A stretch of DNA of 64,000 nt from Lachnospiraceae bacterium (GTDB lineage Bacteria > Bacillota > Clostridia > Lachnospirales > Lachnospiraceae), in the NCBI GenBank assembly GCA_015057945.1, contig SVDD01000007.1, positions 26,830 through 90,829 on the forward strand, read 5' to 3'. The notes under the pieces were generated by a model. That model saw nothing but the letters and a program-made list of their open reading frames with translations, did no database searches and was not told where the DNA came from. Shown here piece by piece: positions 27,525 to 38,222 of the stretch; the first letter of the stretch is position 1; each line of letters begins with the position of its first letter. The position numbers were made by a program, and so were the translations under genes.

Positions 27525-28717
27525 ATACAGAACTTAGCGAAGCACTCGATCTACTGGAGAAGGAAAAAGGAATTTCAAAGCAGTCTTTGATCGAAGCAAT
27601 CGAGCTTTCACTTCAGACAGCCTGCAAGAATCACTTCGGTTCTTCAGACAATATAAGAGTAAGTGTCGATCCTGTGACCTGTGATTTCTCGGTCATCGCT
27701 GACAAGACAGTAGTTGAAGAAGTACTTGATAAGAATACAGAGATTTCCCTTGCAGATGCAAGAATGATCGATGCAGGCTATACACTTGGCTCTATCGTAC
27801 CAGTAAAGGTTGATTCCAAGACCTTCGGACGTATAGCAACACAGAATGCGAAGGGCGTTATAGTACAGCGTATCCGTGAGGAAGAGCGTAAGGTTCTTTA
27901 CAACGAGTACTATTCCATGGAGAAGGAAGTTGTTACCGGAACCATCGACAGAAATACAGGAAGATCCATCATCGTTAATCTCGGCAAGGTAGACGGTTAC
28001 CTTTCAGAGAACGAGCAGATCAAGGACGAGAAGCTTGAGACAAATGACAGAGTAAAGGTTTATGTCATTGAAGTAAGAGATACCCCTCGCGGACCTCGCG
28101 TTATGGTATCCAGAACACATCCTGAGCTTGTAAAGCGTCTCTTCGAAGAGGAGGTTTCCGAAGTAAGAGACGGTATCGTTGAGATCAAGGCTATCTCACG
28201 TGAAGCAGGTTCCAGAACAAAGATGGCAGTTATGTCCAACGATCCTAATGTAGATCCTGTAGGTGCATGTGTAGGTCTTAACGGTTCACGTGTAAATACA
28301 GTAGTAGAAGAGCTCCGCGGTGAGAAGATCGATATCATTAATTATGATGAGAACCCTGCATACCTTATCGAGAATGCTCTTTCACCTGCAAAGGTAATCG
28401 CAGTTATCGCAGATCAGGACAACAAGGAGGCTATGGTCATCGTACCTGATGCCCAGCTCAGTCTGGCTATCGGTAAGGAAGGTCAGAATGCCCGTCTTGC
28501 TGCAAAGCTCACAAGCTACAAGATCGATATCAAGTCTGAGTCACAGGCTCAGGAGCAGGGCATCTTCGATGAGATGGGTATCGACTATCAGGGTGAGGAT
28601 GTTGATTCCGAAGAGGATACAGAGCTTATGGATGAAACATTTGCTGAGGATTACAGCGAAGAAACAACCGATGAGACATTTGCCGAAGACGCAGATGGCG
28701 AAAGCGGAGAGATGTGA
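27521..28717 (+). CDS. nusA: Transcription termination/antitermination factor NusA
   Basis: FGRIATQNAK, SRTHPELVKRLF, AREAGSRTK-like motif, DPVGACVG, SLAIGKEGQNARLAAKLT. Confidence 0.99.
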   Translation: MNTELSEALDLLEKEKGISKQSLIEAIELSLQTACKNHFGSSDNIRVSVDPVTCDFSVIADKTVVEEVLDKNTEISLADARMIDAGYTLGSIVPVKVDSKTFGRIATQNAKGVIVQRIREEERKVLYNEYYSMEKEVVTGTIDRNTGRSIIVNLGKVDGYLSENEQIKDEKLETNDRVKVYVIEVRDTPRGPRVMVSRTHPELVKRLFEEEVSEVRDGIVEIKAISREAGSRTKMAVMSNDPNVDPVGACVGLNGSRVNTVVEELRGEKIDIINYDENPAYLIENALSPAKVIAVIADQDNKEAMVIVPDAQLSLAIGKEGQNARLAAKLTSYKIDIKSESQAQEQGIFDEMGIDYQGEDVDSEEDTELMDETFAEDYSEETTDETFAEDADGESGEM

Positions 28718-28722
28718 CCGGT

Positions 28723-28989
28723 ATGAAAAAGATACCGGAGAGAACGTGCATTGGTTGCGGTCAGAAAAAGGAAAAGCCGGAACTGATACGTATCGTTCAT
28801 GCACTTGACGATACCTTCAGCATAGATCCAACCGGACGTAAAAACGGTCGGGGCGCATACATTTGCAATGACATTTCATGCCTCGACAAAGCCATTAAGC
28901 GAAAGGCTCTGGATCGGGCTTTCAAGGTTTCCGTTTCCGAAGAGACTGCACAGGCACTCAGAGAGGAACTGATACAGCTTGGTAGATGA
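28723..28989 (+). CDS. rnpM: YlxR/RnpM RNA-binding protein
   Basis: PERTCIGC, GRGAYIC; canonical position after nusA. Confidence 0.93.
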   Translation: MKKIPERTCIGCGQKKEKPELIRIVHALDDTFSIDPTGRKNGRGAYICNDISCLDKAIKRKALDRAFKVSVSEETAQALREELIQLGR

Positions 28990-29302
28990 AAGAATATACG
29001 GCCTTCTCGGATTATGTCAGAGGGCAGGCAAACTGAAAAGCGGCGAGTTCGCAGTGGAGAAATCTCTCAAGGGCCACAAATCACAGCTTGTGATAGTGCC
29101 TGAGGACGCGTCGGATAACACAAAGAAGAAGTTCAGAAATATGACTACATTCCGCAATGTTCCGTATTTCGAATTAGGCACAAAAGAAAAGCTGGGGATG
29201 CAGCTCGGCAAGTCCGAAAGGTCATCAATCAGCATAGAAGATGAAGGATTCGCTAAGGCGATGATCAAATATATTGACGGAGGTAATGTGAATGTCAGAT
29301 GA
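28979..29302 (+). CDS. ylxQ: L7Ae-family RNA-binding protein (YlxQ)
   Basis: [24 protein letters not shown]; TTG start; canonical position. Confidence 0.92.
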   Translation: MVDERIYGLLGLCQRAGKLKSGEFAVEKSLKGHKSQLVIVPEDASDNTKKKFRNMTTFRNVPYFELGTKEKLGMQLGKSERSSISIEDEGFAKAMIKYIDGGNVNVR

Positions 29303-32066
29303 GAACCAGAAAGAAAATGGATTAAACAGCAAGGATGAAAAGAAGGGTGAAGCTCCTAAGAAAAAGAAGCTTGCTGTAGTTTTCCATTCCCAGAACTCCG
29401 CAAACCACAAAAATCATCCCCTTGGAGGAAAGCTTTCAACAGCTAAGGAGCAGGGCGCCAGAAAGACACAGCAGTCCGTAGAGCAGAAAGCACAGAGCGA
29501 GAAGCCCAAGAAGACAAGTCCTAACGGAAGACCTCTTCCACCCGGAACAGCCCGTGTGACTCCTCTTCGTGAGCTTAACGAGATCCAGAAGCGTCAGGCT
29601 GAGGAAGAAGCAAGGAGAGAGGCTGAGCGTAAGGCTCAGGAAGAAGAGGCCAGAAGAAAGGCCGCTGAAGAAGCAAAGAGAGAGGCTGAACGTAAGGCTC
29701 AGGAAGAAGAGGCCAGAAGAAAGGCCGCTGAAGAAGCAAAGAGAGAGGCTGCTCAGGCACCGGCTGAGAGAAGCTCAGACCGTCCTGTAAGAAACGGCGA
29801 GCAGAGACCTCGTTTCGATCGTTCAAATGACAGAAATGACCGTAACGATCATCAGTCAAAGCCTGCTTTCGGACAGAGAGGTGACCGCAACGGAGATCGT
29901 CCTCAGGGCGGCTTCCGTAAGGATGGTTCTCGCCCTGCAGGAGGTGCAGGCCGTCCTGCAGACAGAAACGGTCAGCAGAGACCGGGCCAGAGACCTGCAG
30001 GTTTCGGCGGACAGAGACGTCCTCAGGAGACTTCATCGGTTGCAGCCGTAGATATTTCTTCAAAGCCGACAGCCGGAAGAAATGCTCACAAGCCGGGTGA
30101 CAAGAATTTCGGAAACAAGAATTTCGACAACGAGAGGGCAGAGGCAGCAAAGAGAAATCGTAACAATCGTAAGCAGAACAAGTACACTGCAGAGCAGTCT
30201 TACGAAAGAGACGATGAGATGGCTGCACGCAAGAAGAAGACCGGCAAGGGCGCATTTATCAAGCCTGAGGTAGTTAAGCCGGTTGAAGAGGAGATCAAGT
30301 CCATCACCATACCTGAGGTTATCACCATCAAGGATCTGGCTGACAAGATGAAGCAGAAGCCTGCAGATATCATCAAGAAGCTCTTCATGAAGGGCCAGAT
30401 GGTAACACTTAATACAGAGCTTTCATACGAGGACGCCGAGAACATCGCTGTGGAATATGATATTCTTTGCGAGCAGGAAGAGAAGATCGACGTTATCGCT
30501 GAGCTTATCAAGGATGACATCGAGGATACAGATGAGGATATGGTTTCAAGACCTCCTGTAGTCTGTGTAATGGGTCACGTTGACCATGGTAAAACTTCTA
30601 TACTTGACGCCATCAGAAATACAAACGTAACTGCAAAGGAAGCCGGCGGTATCACACAGTCAATCGGTGCTTACCAGGTTTCTGTAAATGTAAACGGCGA
30701 AGACCGTGTCATCACCTTCCTTGATACACCGGGACACGAGGCATTCACAGCCATGCGTATGCGTGGTGCACAGTCAACCGATATCGCAGTTCTCGTTGTT
30801 GCTGCGGACGACGGTGTCATGCCGCAGACAGTCGAGGCTATCAACCATGCGAAGGCTGCCAATACTCCTATCATCGTAGCTATCAACAAGATCGATAAGG
30901 AGGGTGCTAACCCTGACCGTGTCAAGCAGGAGCTCATGAAATATGATCTTGTTCCTGAGGATTACGGCGGAGACACAATCTGTGTACCTGTATCTGCAAA
31001 GAAGAACATCGGCATCGAGGATCTTCTTGAGAACGTAGTTCTTGAGGCTGACGTTATGGAGCTTAAGGCTAACCAGAACCGTTCAGCTTACGGTGTAGTA
31101 ATCGAGGCAGAGCTTGATAAGGGACGCGGTTCCGTTGCAAGACTTCTCGTTCAGAAGGGTACTCTTCATCAGGGCGATGTAGTTGCTGTAGGTTCTGCTT
31201 ACGGTAAGGTACGTGCCATGACAGATGACAAGGGAAGACGTATCAAGAAGGCAGGTCCTTCACAGCCATGTGAGATTCTTGGTCTCAATGCGGTTCCTAA
31301 TGCCGGTGAGATATTCCAGGTTAAGGACAGCGAGAAGGAAGCAAAGGCTTATGCTGCAGCATTCGTAACAGAGAGCAAGCAGAAGAAGGTAGAGGAGTCC
31401 AAGAAGAAGGTTTCTCTTGATGCTCTCTTTGATCAGATCAAGGCAGGCGAGATCAAGGAACTTCCTATCGTTATCAAGGCTGACGTACAGGGTTCTGTTG
31501 AGGCCGTTAAGGATTCTCTTGAGAAGATCAAGAACGACGAGGTTGCCGTTAAGGTAATCCATGCCGGTGTTGGTGCGATCAGTGAGTCTGACGTTGTTCT
31601 CGCAAGTGCATCCAATGCTATCGTAATCGGTTTCGACGTTAAGCCGGACGCAACAGCAAAGGAGATCGCTGAGCGTGAGAACGTTGACGTAAGACTTTAC
31701 AATATTATTTACAAGGCTATCGAGGATATCGAAGATGCCATGAAGGGCATGCTCGCTCCTGTATACGAGGAGAAGGTTATCGGACATGCTGAGATCCGTC
31801 AGATCTTCAAGGCTTCCGGTGTCGGAAATATCGCCGGATGTATGGTCAAGGACGGTCTCGTACAGAGAGGTGCCAAGGCACGTATCATGCGCGGACCTAA
31901 GCAGGATCAGGTATTCGAGGGCGAGATTGCTTCCGTTAAGCGTTTCAAGGATGACGTAAAGGAAGTAAAGGCCGGCTACGAGTGTGGTCTTGTATTTGAC
32001 GGCTTCAACGAAATCGAGCTCGATGATTATGTTGAAGTTTATGTAATGGAAGAGGTTAAGCGTTGA
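29292..32066 (+). CDS. infB: Translation initiation factor IF-2
   Basis: [53 protein letters not shown]. Confidence 0.99.
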   Translation: MSDENQKENGLNSKDEKKGEAPKKKKLAVVFHSQNSANHKNHPLGGKLSTAKEQGARKTQQSVEQKAQSEKPKKTSPNGRPLPPGTARVTPLRELNEIQKRQAEEEARREAERKAQEEEARRKAAEEAKREAERKAQEEEARRKAAEEAKREAAQAPAERSSDRPVRNGEQRPRFDRSNDRNDRNDHQSKPAFGQRGDRNGDRPQGGFRKDGSRPAGGAGRPADRNGQQRPGQRPAGFGGQRRPQETSSVAAVDISSKPTAGRNAHKPGDKNFGNKNFDNERAEAAKRNRNNRKQNKYTAEQSYERDDEMAARKKKTGKGAFIKPEVVKPVEEEIKSITIPEVITIKDLADKMKQKPADIIKKLFMKGQMVTLNTELSYEDAENIAVEYDILCEQEEKIDVIAELIKDDIEDTDEDMVSRPPVVCVMGHVDHGKTSILDAIRNTNVTAKEAGGITQSIGAYQVSVNVNGEDRVITFLDTPGHEAFTAMRMRGAQSTDIAVLVVAADDGVMPQTVEAINHAKAANTPIIVAINKIDKEGANPDRVKQELMKYDLVPEDYGGDTICVPVSAKKNIGIEDLLENVVLEADVMELKANQNRSAYGVVIEAELDKGRGSVARLLVQKGTLHQGDVVAVGSAYGKVRAMTDDKGRRIKKAGPSQPCEILGLNAVPNAGEIFQVKDSEKEAKAYAAAFVTESKQKKVEESKKKVSLDALFDQIKAGEIKELPIVIKADVQGSVEAVKDSLEKIKNDEVAVKVIHAGVGAISESDVVLASASNAIVIGFDVKPDATAKEIAERENVDVRLYNIIYKAIEDIEDAMKGMLAPVYEEKVIGHAEIRQIFKASGVGNIAGCMVKDGLVQRGAKARIMRGPKQDQVFEGEIASVKRFKDDVKEVKAGYECGLVFDGFNEIELDDYVEVYVMEEVKR

Positions 32067-32479
32067 AAAAAAATTCTGTAAAAAACACCAGGATCAATGC
32101 AGAGGTCATGCGTGAGCTTTCAGTAGCCATCCGCGACCTCAAGGATCCCCGCATTTCACCTATGGTATCTGTTACAGGTGCGGAGGTTACTCCGGACCTT
32201 CAGTACTGCAAGGTATATATATCAGTTCTGGGAAGCGAGGAATCTCTCGCAAAGACTATGGAAGGACTGAAAGCAGCCGGCGGCTTCCTGAGAAGAGAGC
32301 TGGCTCAGACAGTAAATCTTCGTCATACACCTGAGCTTCAGTTTGTTGAAGATCATTCCATCGAGTATGGTGCCCGTATGGATGCCCTCATCAACAAGGT
32401 TGCGAAGGAAGATGCTGAAAAGCATGTTGACACAGAGGAGGATTCTCAGGAAGAGAACGACTCCGATGAAGAAAATTAA
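32063..32479 (+). CDS. rbfA: 30S ribosome-binding factor RbfA
   Basis: [34 protein letters not shown]. Confidence 0.97.
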   Translation: MKKNSVKNTRINAEVMRELSVAIRDLKDPRISPMVSVTGAEVTPDLQYCKVYISVLGSEESLAKTMEGLKAAGGFLRRELAQTVNLRHTPELQFVEDHSIEYGARMDALINKVAKEDAEKHVDTEEDSQEENDSDEEN

Positions 32480-32583
32480 GGAATTACTGATTTAATCGGC
32501 ATTTCCCCAGATAGTATCATTTACAGGCAGAGATGCGTTTTTGCGTCTTCTGCCTGTAATGTGTATAGAGAAAGGATTTTTTC

Positions 32584-33561
32584 ATGAATGAATTTCAGCA
32601 GTTGATCGAAGCTGCGGGCAGCATCTGTATACTGGGACATACCAATCCCGACGGAGATTGTCTGGGCTCGACTCTCGGCACAAAAAATTATATAAAGAAC
32701 CGTTATCCGGATAAAAAGGTCAATGTTTATCTCCAGGCGGCCAATGAAAAATTCCGTTTCATGCCCGGATTTTCAGACATCATACATGTTCCGTCGGACC
32801 GAAAGTATGATCTGTGCATCATGTGTGACTGCAATGGTTTCGACAGACTGGGAGATTACAAGACCCTGGCAGAGAATGCTTCTGTTCTTTATGTTGCAGA
32901 TCATCACATCCCGGGAAACCAGAAGTTCGAGCATGGCACCATCATCCCGGAAGCCTCCAGCACCTGCGAAGTCATTTTCGACCTTTTAGACAAAGAATCC
33001 ATAACCGGGGAAGTGGCAGAATGTCTCTATCTCGGCATTGTCCATGACACAGGAGTCTTCAAGTACAGCTGTACTTCTCCTCACACCATGGAGATCGCAG
33101 GCTTCCTCATGCAAAAAGGCATAGACTTCGGTCACATTATCGACGATACCTTTTTCACAAAGACCTATCCGCAGCAGCAGGTTCTGGGACGCGTTCTTAT
33201 GGAAAGTCTCATGGTCATGGACGGTCGCTGTCTGGCCGGCTGGCTAACATGCAAGGAAATGAAGTTCTACAATGTAGGCTCCAAGGATATCGACGGAATA
33301 GTCAGTGTGATGAGGGAAACCAGCGGCATAGACTGTGCCATCTTCATCTACGAAATGACCAACCAGAACTTCAAGGTAAGTCTCCGAAGCAACAACCATA
33401 TGCTTGACGTTGCCCGTGTTGCCGCTCATTTCGGCGGAGGCGGTCACAAGATGGCAGCCGGCTGCACTTTACAGGGATCATATCACGATGTTATAAACAA
33501 CATCACAAGGCAGCTGGCACTTCAGATGGATGCGCCTGACTTCATATCGAACAGAACATAA
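32584..33561 (+). CDS. nrnA: DHH-family phosphoesterase (NrnA nanoRNase/pAp phosphatase-like)
   Basis: GHTNPDGDC, DHH, DTGVF, SLRS, GGGHKMAAG; canonical position between rbfA and truB. Confidence 0.9.
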   Translation: MNEFQQLIEAAGSICILGHTNPDGDCLGSTLGTKNYIKNRYPDKKVNVYLQAANEKFRFMPGFSDIIHVPSDRKYDLCIMCDCNGFDRLGDYKTLAENASVLYVADHHIPGNQKFEHGTIIPEASSTCEVIFDLLDKESITGEVAECLYLGIVHDTGVFKYSCTSPHTMEIAGFLMQKGIDFGHIIDDTFFTKTYPQQQVLGRVLMESLMVMDGRCLAGWLTCKEMKFYNVGSKDIDGIVSVMRETSGIDCAIFIYEMTNQNFKVSLRSNNHMLDVARVAAHFGGGGHKMAAGCTLQGSYHDVINNITRQLALQMDAPDFISNRT

Positions 33562-33595
33562 ATGTGAGACCGGTCTGAAAGAACGATTAACGATT

Positions 33596-33623
33596 CGATA
33601 TCGGCTTTTTGACACTCACATCA
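33596..33623 (-). repeat. Isolated left end of the 182-bp element
   Basis: CGATATCGGCTTTTTGACACTCACATCA is approximately the reverse complement of the element left end. Confidence 0.65.
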
Positions 33624-33641
33624 TAATCTTACAGGAAATCA

Positions 33642-35234
33642 ATGGACGGAATTATAGTAGTTAAGAAGGAAAAGGATTGGACCAGCTTTGATGTTACAAA
33701 AAAGCTTCGATCCATCCTTCATGAGAAAAAAATAGGCCATACGGGAACACTCGATCCTATGGCAGAAGGTGTTCTGGTAGTCTGCGCAGGCATGGCCACC
33801 AAACTTGTTGATGCCATAGCCGGCACCACAAAAATCTATGAAGCCGAAATGAAGCTGGGCATCACTACAGACACAGAAGACACCACAGGGACCATCCTTG
33901 CGGAGAAGCCTGTGGCGGTTTCGGAAGAAGAGGTAAGAGCTGCCATAGAAAGCTTCATCGGAACTTACGATCAGATCCCTCCCATGTACAGTGCAAAAAA
34001 GATCAACGGAAAAAAGCTTTATGATCTTGCCAGACAGGGAAAGACAGTCGAGCGTAAGCCAAATCCCATAACCATACATGATATAAAGATAAATGAGATC
34101 AGTCTTCCCCATGTAAAGATGGAGGTCACCTGCTCAAAGGGAACCTACATCAGAACCCTTTGTAAGGATATAGGTGAAAAACTCGGAACAGGTGCTGCCA
34201 TGTCAGCGCTTCTCCGTACAAGAGTAGGTCAGTACGGAATCGAGGAAAGTCATACTCTCAGTGAGATATCTGCCATGGCAGAAAAGGGTGAGCTCTTCTC
34301 CATCATGAAGCCGCCTATCTTCATACCGGAACCCACAGTGGTCTCTTTCGGTAAGTTTGACGGAAGCCATCGCGGACATCAGCTCATATTTGAGAATATG
34401 TTCAGGATAGCATCGGAGAAGCACCTTAAAACAGCGGTATTGACCTTCTCCCAGAATCCGGAGAACCTTTTCACCGGAATCAGGAAAACCTCCATCTCAT
34501 CAGGTGACGAACATCTTACCAGACTTCGTAATCTTGGTTTTGATTATGTTTTTTCATATCCGGTGAACAGCGATACCATGAAGGTACCTGCCGAGCATTT
34601 CCTTCGGGATGTGCTTATAGAGGGTATGCACGCAGAAGACATCGTAGTCGGAACCGACTGCAGCTTCGGTCATAAGGCTCAGGGCAATGCCGAAATGCTC
34701 GCCTCACTTCAGGACAGATACGGGTATAAAGCCCACATCATAAAGAAGAGAGAGGTCCTTGATGAAAACGGAAATCCACGTGAGATCTCAAGCACATACA
34801 TAAGAGAAGAGATACAGAAGGGCAATGTAAAGCTCGCGGCTGAGCTTCTGGGACGGCACGTTTCTCTCAGCGGAACCGTTGTATACGGAAAGCAGATAGG
34901 TTCCACCGTACTGGGATTCCCTACCGCAAATCTGATTCCGAAGGAAGGAAAGACGATCCCCAAGGCAGGAGTTTATGTAAGCCGTGTACTCGTAGGTCAA
35001 AAGCTTTACAAAGGCATGACCAATGTAGGTACAAATCCTACGGTATCCGATGGCAATCCTGTGGATGTGGAGACCTTTATCATTGGCTTCAACGGTGATA
35101 TCTACGGAAAGAAGATAAGAGTGGAGTTCATGGACAGACTCAGGGATCAGGAGAAATTCCCATCTCTCGAGGAACTGAAAAAGCAGCTTGAAAGGGATGT
35201 GGAAAAGGCCGCACATTATCCCATGGATCTTTGA
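33642..35234 (+). CDS. truB-ribF: TruB-RibF fusion: tRNA pseudouridine-55 synthase core (no C-terminal domain) fused to riboflavin kinase/FAD synthetase
   Basis: aa 1 to about 225 TruB (GHTGTLDP, PPMYSAKK, SKGTYIR). From about aa 230 RibF (GKFDGSHRGH, ISSTYIRE, GFPTAN, NVGTNPT, LRDQEKF). Single uninterrupted frame of 530 aa. Confidence 0.92.
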   Translation: MDGIIVVKKEKDWTSFDVTKKLRSILHEKKIGHTGTLDPMAEGVLVVCAGMATKLVDAIAGTTKIYEAEMKLGITTDTEDTTGTILAEKPVAVSEEEVRAAIESFIGTYDQIPPMYSAKKINGKKLYDLARQGKTVERKPNPITIHDIKINEISLPHVKMEVTCSKGTYIRTLCKDIGEKLGTGAAMSALLRTRVGQYGIEESHTLSEISAMAEKGELFSIMKPPIFIPEPTVVSFGKFDGSHRGHQLIFENMFRIASEKHLKTAVLTFSQNPENLFTGIRKTSISSGDEHLTRLRNLGFDYVFSYPVNSDTMKVPAEHFLRDVLIEGMHAEDIVVGTDCSFGHKAQGNAEMLASLQDRYGYKAHIIKKREVLDENGNPREISSTYIREEIQKGNVKLAAELLGRHVSLSGTVVYGKQIGSTVLGFPTANLIPKEGKTIPKAGVYVSRVLVGQKLYKGMTNVGTNPTVSDGNPVDVETFIIGFNGDIYGKKIRVEFMDRLRDQEKFPSLEELKKQLERDVEKAAHYPMDL

Positions 35235-35334
35235 GTTCCCCTGCAATACGGAGCTACGTAAGACCTGACTAAAGTTAATCAAATATTTATGCTTATACAT
35301 TGACAAATATATAGGTTTTTGTTAGATTACAGTA

Positions 35335-35420
35335 GTATGCGCGTTGGCGTGGTTTTACGGAACTCCTTCCGGGAACTCCGTTAACGTAAGTTAATCGCGA
35401 TTTATCGATCGCGACAGTTA
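35335..35420 (+). promoter_or_regulatory. rpsO 5' leader, probable S15 autoregulatory RNA
   Basis: TTGACA (about 35301) ... TTACAG promoter region followed by paired stems (TTACGGA/TCCGTTAA, TCGCGAT/ATCGCGA). S15 leaders are established in Firmicutes. Confidence 0.5.
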
Positions 35421-35436
35421 TTTAGGAGGAATTATC

Positions 35437-35703
35437 ATGATTTCAAAAGAGAAGAAGGCAGAGATTATCGCACAGTACGGCCGTAAGGCAGGCGACACAG
35501 GTTCACCTGAGGTTCAGGTTGCTATCCTTACAGCAAGAATCAACGAGCTTACTGAGCACCTTAAGAAGAACCCTAAGGATCACCACTCAAGAAGAGGACT
35601 TCTTATGATGGTTGGTCAGAGAAGAGGACTTCTTCAGTACCTTGCCAAGACAGATCTTGAGGGATACAGATCACTCATCGAGAAGCTCGGTATCAGAAAG
35701 TAA
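35437..35703 (+). CDS. rpsO: 30S ribosomal protein S15
   Basis: [30 protein letters not shown]. Confidence 0.99.
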   Translation: MISKEKKAEIIAQYGRKAGDTGSPEVQVAILTARINELTEHLKKNPKDHHSRRGLLMMVGQRRGLLQYLAKTDLEGYRSLIEKLGIRK

Positions 35704-35842
35704 TTTTGAAGAAGGGCGGAGATATGATCTCTGCTCTTTTTTTCATTTTCTGAAAAAAGCTGTCGACCTCCCTTAAAGAATTTGTTAAAATCTCTATGGT
35801 TAGTCGTAGCTTAATTTGAAAGTGATAAACTAAAGTATACGT

Positions 35843-35945
35843 ATATGACAGGAGAGACATCCGAGATCACTGACGTGATTCCGGCCGAAGTGACTTCCTA
35901 CGGGCAGGATCTCATCAGTGTTTTTGGACCTCCCTGTCTATATAT
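35843..35945 (+). promoter_or_regulatory. Long hairpin in the pnp 5' leader
   Basis: GACAGGAGAG...CTCCCTGTC outer stem and GAGATC/GATCTC inner stem, ending just upstream of the AGGAGG RBS. Confidence 0.55.
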
Positions 35946-35957
35946 CAGGAGGTAAAA

Positions 35958-38051
35958 ATGTATAAGAGTTATTCTATGGAACTCGCCGGCAGAACACTTA
36001 CCGTTGATATCGGTCGTGTTTGTGCTCAGGCAAACGGTGCAGCACTTATGCACTATGGCGATACAACTGTTCTTTCAACATGTACCGCATCAGCCGCTCC
36101 AAGAGAGGGTATCGATTTCTTCCCACTCCAGATCGAGTATGAAGAGAAGATGTATGCCGTTGGTAAATTCCCGGGCGGATTTAAGAAGAGAGAAGGACGT
36201 GCAAGCGACAGCGCCATCTTAACATCACGTGTTATCGACCGTCCGATGAGACCGCTTTTCCCTAAGGATTTCCGTAACGACTGTCTCGTAGACAACCTCG
36301 TTATGTCAGTGGATCAGGATTGCTCACCTGAGCTTCTTGCCATGCTCGGTTCATCCCTTGCTACAGCTATTTCAGATGTACCTTGGGACGGTCCTTGTGC
36401 TTCAACACAGGTAGGTATGATCGACGGAGAGCTGATCATCAACCCTACAAACGCTGAGAAGGCTGTTTCAGACCTTGCTCTTACCGTTGCTTCAACACGT
36501 GATAAGGTAATCATGATCGAAGCAGGTGCGAACTGCATTTCCGACGAGAAGATGATCGAGGCCATCTACAAGGCTGACGAAATAAACAAACAGATCATCG
36601 GTTTCTTCGATTCCATCATCGCAGAGTGCGGAAAGAAGAAGATGGAGTATGTAAGTGCTGCGGTTCCTGAGGAGCTTTTCGAGAAGATCAAGACTATCGT
36701 TACTCCGGAAGAGATGGAGAACGCAGTATTTACAGATGACAAGCAGCAGAGAGATCAGAACATCGCAGAGGTAACAAAGAAGCTTGAAGAGGCTCTCGCT
36801 GATGATGAGGAGGCACTCGCTATCCTTCCGGATGCTGTATACCAGTATGAGAAGAAGACTGTACGTAAGATGATCCTCAAGGATCACAAGAGACCTGACG
36901 GACGTAAGATCGACGAGATCAGACCTCTTGAGGCTGAAGTTGATCTCATTCCAAGAGTTCACGGTTCAGCTATGTTCAAGCGCGGACAGACCCAGATCCT
37001 CGACATCGTAACCCTTGCACCTCTTTCAGAGGTTCAGAAGGTTGAGGAGCTCAACGAGTACATCACAGAGAAGAGATATCTTCACCAGTACAACTTCCCA
37101 GGCTACTCAGTAGGTGAGGCAAAGGCAAGCCGCGGACCGGGACGTCGTGAGATCGGCCACGGAGCTCTTGCAGAGAGAGCGCTTCTCCCTGTTCTTCCTT
37201 CAGTAGAGGACTTCCCATACGCTATTCGTGCCGTATCAGAGACTATGGAGTCAAACGGATCAACATCCATGGGTTCAACCTGTGCTTCATGTCTTTCACT
37301 TATGGCAGCCGGCGTACCTATCAAGGAGCCTGTAGCAGGTATCAGCTGTGGTCTCGTAACCGGCGATACTGACGATGATTATCTCGTACTTACAGATATC
37401 CAGGGTCTCGAGGACTTCTTCGGAGATATGGATTTCAAGGTAACAGGTACTCACGAGGGTATCACTGCTATCCAGATGGATATCAAGATCCACGGTCTTA
37501 CAAAGGAAATCGTTACAGAAGCTATCAAGAGAGCTCACGAAGCGCGTCTTTTCATCATGGACGGCGTTATGCATGACGCTATTGCAGAGCCTCGTAAGGA
37601 GCTTTCACCATACGCACCTAAGATCATCACCATCCAGATCGATCCTGAGAAGATCGGTGATGTTATCGGTAAGCAGGGCAAGACTATCAACGGCATCATC
37701 GATGAGACAGGTGCCAAGATCGACATCGACGATTCAGGTATGGTTTCTATTTCAGGAATCGACCTTGCAGCTCTTGAGAAGGCAAAGAAGATCATCGAGT
37801 CTATCGTCAATGATATCGAGCCAGGCCAGATTCTCACAGGTAAGGTAGTACGCCTCATGAACTTCGGTGCATTCGTACAGCTCAGCCCCAACAAGGACGG
37901 TATGGTTCACATCTCTAAGCTTGCTGACGGAAGAGTAGAGAAGGTTGAAGATGTTGTCAGCATCGGCGATGAAGTTACCGTAAAGGTACAGGAAATCGAC
38001 AAGATGGGCAGAATCAATCTTACTATGAGACCTCAGGATCTTAAGGACTGA
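35958..38051 (+). CDS. pnp: Polyribonucleotide nucleotidyltransferase
   Basis: RVIDRPMRPLFP, GRREIGHGALAE, SNGSTSMGS, GDMDFKV; KH and S1 domains. Confidence 0.99.
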   Translation: MYKSYSMELAGRTLTVDIGRVCAQANGAALMHYGDTTVLSTCTASAAPREGIDFFPLQIEYEEKMYAVGKFPGGFKKREGRASDSAILTSRVIDRPMRPLFPKDFRNDCLVDNLVMSVDQDCSPELLAMLGSSLATAISDVPWDGPCASTQVGMIDGELIINPTNAEKAVSDLALTVASTRDKVIMIEAGANCISDEKMIEAIYKADEINKQIIGFFDSIIAECGKKKMEYVSAAVPEELFEKIKTIVTPEEMENAVFTDDKQQRDQNIAEVTKKLEEALADDEEALAILPDAVYQYEKKTVRKMILKDHKRPDGRKIDEIRPLEAEVDLIPRVHGSAMFKRGQTQILDIVTLAPLSEVQKVEELNEYITEKRYLHQYNFPGYSVGEAKASRGPGRREIGHGALAERALLPVLPSVEDFPYAIRAVSETMESNGSTSMGSTCASCLSLMAAGVPIKEPVAGISCGLVTGDTDDDYLVLTDIQGLEDFFGDMDFKVTGTHEGITAIQMDIKIHGLTKEIVTEAIKRAHEARLFIMDGVMHDAIAEPRKELSPYAPKIITIQIDPEKIGDVIGKQGKTINGIIDETGAKIDIDDSGMVSISGIDLAALEKAKKIIESIVNDIEPGQILTGKVVRLMNFGAFVQLSPNKDGMVHISKLADGRVEKVEDVVSIGDEVTVKVQEIDKMGRINLTMRPQDLKD

Positions 38052-38147
38052 TGTCCGGAAGGCCGGTTTTACCAGCGTTCCACATATTTTGATCAATCGC
38101 GAAGGGACTGGCGACAGTCCCTTCTTAATATTTGATGAACAGGCTTC

Positions 38148-38194
38148 ATCAGTGAGTGACAGATCTTAGTTATAGCTTTATAACACTTATGTCA
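38148..38194. repeat. 47-bp remnant carrying both ends of the 182-bp element
   Basis: GTGAGTGACA ... TTTATAACACTTATGTCA; the right end matches 15/18 of CTTATGACACTTATATCA. Confidence 0.45.
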
Positions 38195-38222
38195 CATCAT
38201 TTCATCATGATAGGAGAACACA

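Noticed and set aside
29600-29750. 60-bp tandem repeat inside infB
   Set aside because: It encodes the variable charged helical region typical of IF-2 N-termini.
38052-38222. T-box upstream of gltX
   Set aside because: No T-box motif (AGGGTGGNACCGCG-like) or specifier loop; the region holds the pnp terminator and a repeat remnant.
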